This document shows positions 12,701 to 24,200 of a stretch of 64,000 nucleotides of DNA, piece by piece; the first letter of the stretch is position 1; each line of letters begins with the position of its first letter. Made by a program: the position numbers and the translations under genes. The notes under the pieces are model-generated. The model worked only from the letters and a program-made list of their open reading frames with translations. It did not search any database and was not told the DNA's origin. Source of the stretch: Monocercomonoides exilis PA203. Taxonomy: Eukaryota > Protista > Preaxostyla. Location of the stretch: contig LSRY02000034.1 in assembly GCA_001643675.2 (NCBI GenBank), positions 868,001 to 932,000 of the forward strand. The letters are read 5' to 3'.

Positions 12701-13196
12701 ATCTATGATGATTTATTTATCTTTCAAAAGACAAAACGATCATATATACACGGCATCTCATTCACAATTGTTGGAGGATAAATGGAAAATTATCAGTGAT
12801 GGCAAAAGTGGGCAAGAACGAATAGTTGGAGAAAGAAAGAAGTTTTCAGAAGCAAATGCAGATCATTCAAACAACATGCCCATCAAAGACAGAACATTAT
12901 CTCGAATAAATCAAAGAATGTCAATGGAAAAATCAGCAGCCTTTTCACTTACGAAGAAAACTGCATCAAAAGGATGTTCATTCCCAAATCAAAGCATTCA
13001 ATTTGAAAGAAAAAAAAAGACCGAAAAATTACGAAACAAAAATGATTTACAAATTATTCACAACACACGAAGGAATTCTTCTAATATCGATGAGGATTTG
13101 ATAATTATTGAAACAAATGAAATTATTAGATCAAATAAGAAAAATTCATCCAATTCAGAAATGGATAATTACTCAAACAAACGAAAATGTTTTTAA
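9735..13196 (+). mobile_element. Intron-containing DDE/D-type transposase gene with an inserted USP (peptidase C19) domain; probable pseudogene (3 in-frame stops)
   Basis: Predicted exons ~9735-9774, 9851-10198, 10257-12345 and 12656-13196 splice in frame. USP motifs: GLKNLGNSCFFAAAIQ, CQMC/CPLC, YNLLSIILF..HHH, WKICNDENV. Transposase motifs: DLCSICE, IDFKENW, THDFRY, FSDSGPHFRN, EQHGKSECDGEFG. Element termini not found. Confidence 0.75.
12391..12632. mobile_element. MITE, 242 bp, sharing ~75-bp outer TIRs with the Tc1/IS630 element at 40695-42992; lies inside intron 12346-12655
   Basis: Ends TGGGTGATAATTTTTGAAAAGTCG and GCAACTTTTCAAAAAGAATCACCCA, flanked by TA repeats. Near-identical to 40695-40768 and 42919-42992. 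Confidence 0.9.
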
Positions 13197-13384
13197 TCTC
13201 TAATGTGTATTTTGTTGTTCAAATTTGTTAAAATATTGAACTTTTTTTTTGAACTGTTTCCACAATTGTTAATTAATATATTTATTTATTTCAAGACAAT
13301 TCTTTTTCAACTGTAATGGTTCGAAGTTTTTATGCATTAATTGATTTATGTTGTTATTATATTTTTTTATGAGATTTCTTGACT

Positions 13385-13620
13385 TTATTGCTTAGCTCAC
13401 TGCAGTCTTGTCGGTTCCAAAAAAAATATTCATAAAACATTAAGGGGTTGGGGTTCCCGAAACGCAGACTCCCAGGAAAAAATAACGATAAAGTTTTCCA
13501 AACTTTGTTGTTATTTTTTTGCTTAGCTTGCAAAAGTCTAGTCGGTTTCACATTATGTTAAAAGAATATTTGGGGTTGGGGTTCCCGGAATTTTAACTCC
13601 CAGGATGAAGTTAAAATAAA
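13385..13620. repeat. Two degenerate tandem copies of a ~130-bp unit containing GGGGTTGGGGTTCCCG...ACTCCCAGGA
   Basis: GCTTAGCT..GTCGGTT..GGGGTTGGGGTTCCCG..ACTCCCAGGA recurs at a spacing of about 128-130 nt. Confidence 0.8.
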
Positions 13621-15372
13621 TCTGTTTTTTATTTTAACATCCTCTTTTTTAAAAGCTGTTATATTTTTTTTGAAATTGAAAGAATTAGTTTCAATTGTGG
13701 AAACGTTTCAAAAATTTTTCACATTTATCTCGATCATTTTCACATTTTTTGAATACCAAAGTATTTTAATTATTAACGTTTTTAAATTTATAGGAATGTT
13801 GAAGTTTGTTTTGAGAATTATTTGTTTTTTATTTGGAAGAATAAAAAAATCATACATAATTATCAGTTATATTTTTAATATGAAGAATTTTTTTTATCAT
13901 TAGAATAACAAAAACTATTTCACACAATTAATTTTAAGTTTTTGAAGATAAAAAAAACAAGGGCATAAAAATTATGTTTTTCCATATTTCGTCCCATATG
14001 TTTAAAAGAAAGGAATTATGTCTATTCAGTGTCGATTGATCAGTATTAAAAAAGAATTCTCAGACCGAAAATATTGATTGAAAAAATACGGATTCAAAAA
14101 TAATCACCCAGAATATTATCATGTATGAATTTTTCCCAAAATGACTTTTGAGCTTTTATTTTCAAAACGATATATTCAGTCTTCGTTTTTCTTTTCTTTT
14201 TTGATAAAAAATAAATTTAAATTTCACATTTATCTTTGTATTCATCCAATTCATTAAAAAGAGTTTCTTTTTTATAAGTTAATAGAAGAAATGCTAAACA
14301 TTTTGAATCGGAATGAATTGAGTATTGAGAAGATTGACGAAGCATTTAAAACACAAAGGTTAAAGCATTTCTGAAAATTCTGTAGTTTATTAATGCTTTT
14401 TTGATCTCTAAAGAAATAAAGCCTGTGTGAAGAGAATGTCACAATATTTCTGTGAATCCACACTTTTTAAAGAAGAAAATGCTTCGAATGGAGAGCGGTA
14501 ATTTTTGGAATGTCACAATTTCGACATTGCAAATAACCCTCTAATTAATAGCTGTGAACTTTGAACAATGTTTAACTTTAATAATGATGCAAATATCTTT
14601 AGTCTTTAACTCAAATAAAACATAGGATCTCCTTTTGATGTGAAAGTGTCCAGGAAAAAAATACAGTATAAAAAATAATTTTTTTTTTGTGTTATTTCAG
14701 AAATATCTTTAATATAAAGAGAAAAGTCAACATGTATTTTTGGGTTATGTTCTTGTTCCTTTCATGTTCACAAAGTTGTTCTCTGTTAAAAATAAAAGTT
14801 TTGTTCAGTTAATAAAACTTATTGATTTCTTTTTTTAAATTAAAACAAATAACTGTTATTAATTTAAAATTAATAAAACAATCATAACACTCCATTAAAT
14901 TCAAGATGAATATTTTTCAAATTAATAAACATTTCTAATACCCTTTTGATTATAATTGATAATAATAATTAATAAATCACAATTCTCGGAATAATTAAAA
15001 TTGATCGTTTAAAAAAATTAAAAATTTGTGATTAATTGTTGATTGTTATTATAATTCATGTCAAAAATTCCAAACTTGGCGTATTGTTGGTTTCACTTAA
15101 GTTTCCAATTTCAAAAAGGCTTTTTGATAAAAAAAAAACTCATTTTTCAGTCTTTTCACGTACCCATTAAAAAATATTTCATTATCGAAAACTCATTTTA
15201 CTCATCATTTGAAAAGAAGATTTGAATAATTCAATGCTGAAATCAGGCGCAACTAATAAATTCAACACAGATAACATTTGCTGTGGGGATTTCAACAAGC
15301 TTGATATGACATAAGAATTGCAGTTTTTAATAAACGGATAAAGCTGTTTTTCATCCCTGTAAAAGATTCAAA

Positions 15373-16761
15373 TTGGCTGTCTGGCTTTATTTCGCAGTAC
15401 CAACAAGACGTTCTGGTGAAAGAAGGGGAAATTCTGGAGCAACCACTTGGAAGGCTTTATCATTTTTGAAAGTTGTTGATGCGAAAGGCGAGAATGTGCA
15501 GCGCCTCTGTGAAGACATAGACTTGATAGAAAAAGTAAAGAAGATTTGCAGGGGATTACAAAAGCGTGTTGAGCTCTTGGCAGCTCGAACACTTGGGCAC
15601 GTGAGCCGAATTGTGTGTTTTGAAAGAAATGTCATATTGGGTGAAATGTCTGCGGAAGCTGGCAATTTCGCAAAGCAGGCAATGTGCCTTGTAAAATCCA
15701 TTACATATATTACCAAGGACGATAGGGTGTACACAATCGAAGATGAACTGACACATTTGGGTGAATGTGACGATGAAGACATATGCTTATTCACAACAGC
15801 AGTTTTTCGTTCATTCACGATGAGCAGTGGTATATTTGTTCTATTTGACACATACTTTTTGTTGTAATTATTTGGCTCTTTTTTTATTTTTTTCCCAAAA
15901 AATAGGAATGACTCCATGCTTTGGAAGTGAGGATCCAGACATCTTGGAAAGTGGCTTCATGGGTTGCTGTACAACGCAATTCATTCTGTTGTATTGGATG
16001 CACTGGATATGACAAGTGAGCATTTCGATTCCGACATTGTTCTTGACCATGGCGAGTATGCAAGCACAGACAGTCTGCTTGCCGTTGACTCGTTTGCTCC
16101 TGCTCCAAATCCTCCAGACATTCTGCTGCAATCCCAGTCGCCTTATAGCAACTGTTCTTCTGGTTTGGTGCCTCCAGCGCATTCGAAGGGGCCAGTCTGC
16201 TCCATTGCCTTTTGTGCATTTCAGTGCTTGTGCATCATTGCCAGAGAACAGCACCGTGCGCTTATGCAATTGTTGATGAGCGAAGAAAGAATTGTGGAAA
16301 AAGTGAAGAGCCATTTGTTTGGCAGTTGGAACAAAGAAAGTTGGAAGGAAATATTTAGAGGGAGCATATTTTACGACGTTGATGACGAAAGGAGAAATAT
16401 GTGCTCTTTTGGCGGTGCTAATTTCCAGCGGATGGCCGATGGATTGTTTTGCGAAGAGAAAAGCTCCAAAGAAATGATGGTGGGTTTCTGTGAGATAGCT
16501 GCGAAGTGTTTTCAAATGTGGCTGTCTGTACCTATTTCGCAGGATATCCAAAAGTTCATCGAAAAATGTTTGCTAAACAGAATGGGTGTGCTGCTGTACG
16601 AAGAAGCAAGCGACACGCTGAGAGAAGAGGCAGCAAAGGCACTTTTGAATGCATGGGCAACATTGTCTTCGAATGCCCATATTGTTTCCCATCTTCAAAG
16701 GATTTACAGATACGATCTCAAGCGTATGGATGCCTTCCTCAGCCGCTGCGTGGAAGATTGA
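15373..16761 (+). pseudogene. Unknown helical (ARM-like) protein, spliced, with an apparent frameshift near 15960
   Basis: ORFs 15373-15867 and 15964-16761, with a likely intron at ~15830-15905. The frame after the acceptor (GMTPCFGSEDPDILESGFMG) must shift to join LLYNAIHS. Confidence 0.4.
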
Positions 16762-18230
16762 GCGCAATGCTTGCAGACGCATGCGAGGAAGAAGGCGTCA
16801 TGGACGTTTTGTGAGGACATTGAGCTCAGAATGAATTTGAAGACAGGAGGAAAGTTGAAAAGGAGGAACTGATAAGAAGCAGAATGAAAGCAAAGCGCGA
16901 CTTAAAGATTTGCCCAGTTTGTGCAATGCACGCTGATGCAAAAGGCAAATTGAGATGAAGAAGAAGTTGAAAACGAAGAAGAGAACAAAGAGAATCCCCA
17001 TTCAGATGCAGGAAAAGATCTTTAAAGCACAGAATTGACTCTGAATGATGAATAGTGCCTGAAGGCTCTTGCTGAATGTTTGGGTGCGAGCAGAATGCCT
17101 TCAAACGAATATGCAAAGGTGCGACATGAGGCAGATGATTTCTTTTATTTTTGGAGAGAAGAAAGTCATTGCTGCCACGAAAGCGACTGCGAAGCATTAT
17201 AAATCGGGGATGGCATTGGAGTTTTATTGGTTGCATTTTGAGGATTCAAAGAGAAAAGTTTTTGCTGTTTTGTTTGCGAAAATCTCTGAAATTTGTGAAA
17301 TTTGTGAAATTTGAGATTTTCACCATGCTTTTCAAAGAGCATTTCAATTGTTTATTGGTTGTTGAGTTTTTTTTTTTCGCTTTTAACAAATGCTTTTTCT
17401 GGGTGAACCGTTAATTTTTATTATTTTTATGCTCCTTTGCAATTCCTGTTCTTTTTTTCAAAGAGTATTTCTTGATTCATTTTTAAGTGTATTTCATCTG
17501 AACAGTTTTATATGTTTCTGAATGTGTGGGAGTGCATTCATCACAAATTATTTCATGATTCTTCAATGCATTTTTCTGTTTCCGTGCATTTTAAATCATT
17601 TAATGCTTAATGTTCGCTTTTTTGTTTTCATTCGCTTTTGAGACTGTCAATGTTATTACTTTTGATATGAAGAAGACTGCAACACTCGAAAAGAGATTTA
17701 AAATCAAAGAGAGTTGCGGAAAAATATCTGATTTCGTTGAAACTTCAATAGAGAAACAATATCTTCCAGTTTCATTTTGTTTCGAAAGGGGATGAAAAAG
17801 ATGTTTTCACATTCAAAGAAAAAGTCCATCAATTGTCAACTCACAATAATATCTTTTCCCAAAGTCTATCCATCTTCTGAAAAGATGTTTGAGGAAATGG
17901 ATCATCAGTGCTTTCTAATCTCATTCGTCAATCTGTTGAACAGTTTTCTTTTTTTCCAAATTCATTGATCGATTAACCACAATTAGCTTCCAAAAATCAT
18001 ATTTTCGCTGTGGAGGGGCGATTGCAATTGCGAAACGATTTATTTGCGAGGATTTCGAATGTATTTAATGGCAGCTTTTGTTTTATTTGGGGCAGCTAAT
18101 TTTTTTGAATGGTTTTGTTGTTTTTTCAGAAAGAATCGAATTGGCAAACAAGAGCTGTGGTCAAGGCGAAAACCGATTTTAGCATTGTTGAAGCAACGCA
18201 GAAGCAGCGGGTAATAGCAGCAGAGCTTCT

Positions 18231-21200
18231 ATGTCGAGTTTTATCCGTTCGTCGGAGGTGAATTCGCTGCTGAGATCGAGCTTCTTCAGCAAAACGAGGG
18301 CGGAAGGGTTTGTAAATCTGGGGAACACATGCTATCTGAATTCGGTGCTTGTGGCGTTTTCGCACCTGCCGCCGTTTGTGTCAGCGCTGTTGAGGCCTTC
18401 GCTGTGGAAGAATGTTTTGGAGGTTGCGAAAGAGATGACATTTTCGTTTGAAAAGCCCAAAAAATCGAGTGCTAAAAAGCGGCGCACAGCGGAGCAGCCA
18501 CGTAAAACGGAAAGTGGATTTGGAGGAAGTAAGTTTTTGGAATTGTTCACAAAAGAAGAAATGAGTGAGCTGAGCCGTGTTGCACTTCGAAGGCAGTTTC
18601 CGCTGTCTCTGCTGGTGTGCATGCACATCCTTGCGTTCAAGCACAAGCGCAACTCACCGATATCGTGCAGCATGTTTTTCCCGCTGTTGTCGTATCTGTC
18701 GCATGGGTCGTTTGAAATTGGGCTGATGTGCGATGCGGAAGAATTGACCTCGTTTCTGCTGAACGAGATGAGCGAAGAGCTGCTTGTGGCGCTTGACGGC
18801 GGGTGCAGGGTGCGCTTTCTGAGAGAAAATCGAAGAAAGATAATTTGTGTACTGAAGGAAGAAGGAGAACGGAGATGGAACATGAGCAACAATATCCTCC
18901 TCTTGGCAAGTGAACCAGACAAAAAGAAAGAGCAAACGGAGCAAGAAGCTCGCACAGCATCTTCAGATGATGAGAAAGGCAAGTGCAAAGAGGAGAAAAT
19001 GGATGGAGAGCAGTTTGAAGTGGAACTTCTGGGGAAGGAAGAAGAGCTGATGAAAGGGGTGAAGATGAAGCGAACGAGCGAGGAATGGAAGAGTGTGCTT
19101 CGCTCGAAGGAATTTGAGAGGGAGCAGATTGCAGAACTTATTAATTGGGGCAGTTTCAAAGGCAAAGGCAAAGTCAAAGCCAAAGGAAAAGGAAAAGAGA
19201 AAGAGAAAGGGAAAACCAAAGGGAGTGTTCTGCTTCAGAAGTGGGAGGAGCTGAAAAGTTCGCGTTCTTGTTGGCAGGCGAGTGAAAGGGCAGCAGAAAT
19301 ACCCAGCGAGCCAGTGCGATTTGTGGGGATTGTGGGGCTTGTGGAAAAGAAGGAAGGGGATTCGTGTTTTGAGCAGAGCAGCACAAAGAGGAAAAGAGGA
19401 ATGCGGTTGTCGTCGTTTCTGCCACCGAAATATCTGTGGCCGCCGACTTTGGCAAAATGGAGCGACAAAAGCGAAGCGATATGGAAAGGGCAGAGCGAAG
19501 GAAAGCGATGCTTGGGAGAAGCAGCAGATGAATTGCAGAAGGCAACCGTGTGTTCTGAAGCACCTCATGAAAACTGCGCTGACAATTCACAACATTCACT
19601 TGACTGTCCTGTTGACTCAGATTTCAATACATCCACTTCATCTGATTCACTTCATAATCCAACTTCTTCTTCATCATCTTCCTTATCCTCTTCATCTCTT
19701 CCACTTCATTCTCACAATTCTGCACATTCATCAGACACAATTTCACCATCATCTTCTTCCTCTTCATCTCATTCCTCTCCTTTGATTTCTTCCTCTTCCT
19801 CTTTCTCTTCCTCTTCTTCCTCTTCTTCTTCATCATCATCTGATCTTGTCACTACTTTCTTTGGGACGCAGATGCTGTGTCCAGTCACGATGACCTTCAA
19901 CTCCATCGTGAAAAGCACAATTCGATGCACAAAATGCCGCCGAGAGACGAAAAAGAAGGAGATGTACAGAGTGTTTCCAATGAAGCTTACACAGCAGCCG
20001 GATCTGCCAGAGGAAGAAGAGAAGGAAGAAGAGGAAGAGGAAGAGGAAGATGGTGGTGATGATGATGATGAAGAGGAGGAGGACAATGATGGCGACGATG
20101 AAGGCGATGACGAAGATGGAAGCGAAGGAGAAGGAGAAGGAGAAGAACAAGAAAGAAGGGGAAGAAGAAATAAGAGGCGAAGAGTTGTTGGAAGAAGAGG
20201 GGTTGATGAAAGCAGCAGAAGAAGGCATATTCTGAGAGGAGGAGAAAGGAAATGGGGTGGAGAAGAAGAAGAGGAAGAGGAAGAAGAAGAACAAGAAGAA
20301 GAGGAAAATTATAAAGAAAATGAAAATGACTATGATGAAGAGGAAAACAAGAAAGATCGAAAGAATGAAGCATTTGCAAGCAACAGAAAAAGCCTTGGAG
20401 ATTTTGAGCGAAAAAACAAAGAGAAAAAATCGTTTTTGCGATCGGCTGCTTCTTCGCAGCACAAATACGAGACGAGAAAGACACAGCGCAGTCAGACGGG
20501 AGAGAAAGGGAAGAGGAGCAAGCAAACAAGCAAACAACAAGAAATTCCGACCAAAAAAAAGAATTCGACTTCTTCGCGTGGCTCAGAAATGCCAGTGAAG
20601 TTGTTTTCGTTTTCTCGAACACATGACAATTCATCATCATCATCGTCTTCTTCTTCTTCTTCTTCTTCTTCTTCATGTTCTTCATCAACACGCCATTCAT
20701 CTTCATCCTCTTCATCATCATCATTTTCTTCTTCTTTCTCTTTCTCTTCTCCGATTCAAAGTGATCTCCAATCACTTTCATACAACCTCCGCCATCGAGC
20801 AATTGACAACACACAAAATGAAGACAAAAACAAAGACAAATATGGAGATGAAGATGATGATGAAGACGGAGAAGGAGAAGAAGGGGAAGATGATGAAGTT
20901 GATGAAGGAAAAAACAATGTTCAAACAAGAAGTTCTGTTGTAACACGCAGCAGAAGCGAGCCAGCTGCTCAAAAAGGAGGGAAAAGTGGAAATCGAAAGA
21001 AAACAAACACAAAATTGAATGGAAGCAAAACAGGTGGGGTTGGAGTGAAGGAGAGGGAGAAAGAGAAGGAGAAGGAGAAGAATGTGAGTGAGAATAGGAA
21101 CAGGAACAGGAATAAAGCGAAAAATGAGGGAAAAATTGGATTTGCACAGAAAACAGAGCAGAGAATGGTGTATAGATTGAGAGGTGCTTTGAAAGGTGGG

Positions 21201-24200
21201 TCAAAAGAGGCGTTGGATGAAGAGGAGGAGAATGAAGGAGAAGGAGAAAGAGGGGAAGGAAGGAAAACAAAAGAGGAAGAAGATAAAGATGAAGAACAAA
21301 ACAAGAAAGATAACAATCAAGTTTCAAGTGAAGCACATTCAAAAAAGCCGAAAAATTCTCAAATTGAAGAAGATTTCTACAAACAGAGCGAAAACTGCAT
21401 CGGCATTTTCACTCGCTCGAAGCGCAGAAGAGGCGCAAAAACCGGACAAAACCTGCTTTTTGGTGTGGATGGCAGCGAAAACGAGGAGGAAGAACGGAAC
21501 ATCTATGCGAAGCACTATCCAAACAGCTACTCCGATTACTCGCCTTATTCTTTCTCCACTTCATCATCATCATCATCTTATTCTTCTTCTTCTTCATCCT
21601 CCTCCTTATCATCATCTTCCTCTTCCTCTTCTTCTCGCTCCCCCTTATACCGCCAGGTCCCTTCCCCCGCCCCTTCTCCCCTCGGCTCTCCGCCTTCCCT
21701 CCACTCCCACCGCCTTCCCGAGCTTTTCTCTGCTTTCTTTGCGCGCAGGCGTATCAGACACAACTGCGAGCACTGCCACAGCCGCGCTGCGTATTCCACT
21801 TCTTCTTTCTTGTTCCTGCCGCGTGTGATTGTCATCCAGATCAGCCGTTTCTTGTTCCACAAGCAGAGAGAAAGGACGGAGAAGATGTGTGATGTTGTTG
21901 AGTTTCCCGAGATGCTGGATGTGAGTGAGATGTGTGACGCACAGACGCAGTTTCCGCTGCCTGTGGGGCATGTGGAGGAGCTGGGGATGTGCGAGGAGGA
22001 TGAAGATGATGAGGAAGAGGAAGAGGAGGAGGAGGAGGAGGAAAAAGAAGAAGAGGAGGAGGAGGAAGATGAAGAAGAAGAGGAAGAGGAAAAGGATGGA
22101 GAAGAAGGAGATGAAGATACTGTGAAGATTGAAGATAACAATGAAATTATAATGAAAAAAGAAGAAAAAGACGATAAAACAGAAAAAAGATCAAAAAAAG
22201 AAGCCGAAAAGGAAGAGGAGAAATTCAAATTTCGGCAAGAAGCGTTCCGATTTCTGAATGAAATGATGAAGGTTTCCATTCCAACAAAAGAGAGCGAACG
22301 GAAAAGGAAGCAGCAGAAGGCGAAGTTGGCTTCGAAGAGAAGAAGAGAAAATCGAGCGAATGTGACACCGCATGTGATTGTGACGAGGCATTCGGGTGAA
22401 AGAAACATACAGAATGTGAATGCAAACAGGAAAGAAGAGAAGGAGAAGGAGAAGGAGAAGGAGAAAGAGAGGAAAGAAGAAGAAGAAGAAGAAGGAAATG
22501 GTGAAGAAATTGATTTCTATTACGATTCCGATGATGAGGAAGAAGAAAAGAACAACTTAAATTCCAACCTTCCTTTTCCTTCTCGTCGCCGCCGCTGCCG
22601 CAGCAAAAGCGAAAGCAACGAGAAAAGAAACGAATTTGTGGTTGATTGTTCAGAATTTGAGACAAACAAGCAGGTTTCATTGGTGACGATGTACAGGCTG
22701 ATGAAGGAGACAGGAGTTGTGGAGCATATTGCAGAGTCGAAGAGGAGGGGGTTTGTGAGGGAAATGGAGAGGGAGAAAGAGAAAGAGAAAGAGGAGAAAG
22801 AGAAGGAAAAGGAAAGAGGAAGAAAGGGAGGTTGGATGAAGGATGATTATGATGATTATGATTATGATGACGAAGAGGAGGAGGAAGAGGAAGAGGAAGA
22901 GGAAGAAGAAGTGAAAGAAATTGAAGAAGTTAACAAGAACAGATTTCCTACCAAATTGCCTCTTTCAACGAAGAATGCAGTGAAAGAAAAGAATAAAAAA
23001 TCTTCTTCCAATTTGACTTCGCAAAATCAGAAAGGAAAAGGCAAAAACGCAGTGAATTCATCTTCAGTAAAAACAGGTTCACCTTCTGTTCACAAATCAC
23101 CTTTAAAACGCTCGACATCATCATCATCTTCTTCTTCTTCTTCTTCAAAGACGTCAAATACAAATTCAAACAGATCCATTTCATCTCCTTCTCCTTCTCG
23201 CTTTAACAATTCAATTCTTTCTTCTTCTTCTCCCTCTTCTTCTCCTTCTTCCTCTCCTTCTCGTTCTTCTTCTTCTTCTTCCTCTTTTTCTTCTTCTCCT
23301 TCTCGTCTTCTCGACAACTACACCTCCACTGCCAGACGTGACATGCTCCAGCTTCAGCAGCAGCTCCAACAAAACCGCACTTTTTTTGCTTCTCCTCTTT
23401 CTTCTCGTTCAAATGCTCATTTCACACCGACTCATTCTTCTTCTTCTTCTTCTTCCTCTCCCTCTCCTTCTCGTTCCTCGTCATCTTCCTCTTCTTCCTC
23501 TTCTTCCATTTCAACCTCTTTCAATTCTTCCACTTCACTTCCTTCAAATTCCTCCTCCTCTTCTTCCTCTTCTTCTTCCTTCTCCTCCTCTCCTCTCCCC
23601 ACCTCACATCCTTCTTCTTCCCAATCAGCTAAAAAGCCTCCAATTGTCAGCCCCTTCGCCAACAAGCTCAACAGACTCTATGCCAAACAGGACTTCCCTC
23701 TGAAAGGGCAGTTCATCAGCGAGTCGGAGGCACTTGCAAGAGGAATAGCTCTTCCAAAGCAGAAGATGGGAACGCCGTTACGAACTTCTGCTTCTTCTTC
23801 TTCTTCTCTTTCTTCTTCTCTTTCTTCTCCCTTCTCTTCTTCCTCTTCTTCCTCTTCTCCTTCTCCTTCTTCTGCTGCTGCCTCCATCTTTCTCTCGCAC
23901 TCGCAAACCCCTTCTCCTCTGACACACGACCTGCTCACCAGCAATTCGTCTCCACTCCACCAACACAGCTCTTTCCCTTCCCGCTTCAACTTCTCTTCCA
24001 TTTCACGCCAACTGTCTTCTTTTGCCTCTCGCCTGATGCGAAGTGATTCGTTGGCTGTGGCAAATGTGCAGCAGAATGCTCAGAAGATGATGATGCAACC
24101 TTCTTCTTCTTCTTCTGTTTCTTCTTCTTCACCATCTCCTTCTCGTTCATCATCATCATCTCTTTCTTCTTTCTCTCCATCATCATCATCATCATCATAT

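Noticed and set aside
10400-18400. Transposon USP captured from the neighbouring host USP gene
   Set aside because: Similarity is limited to the universal Cys-box motif; architecture and the rest of the sequence differ.
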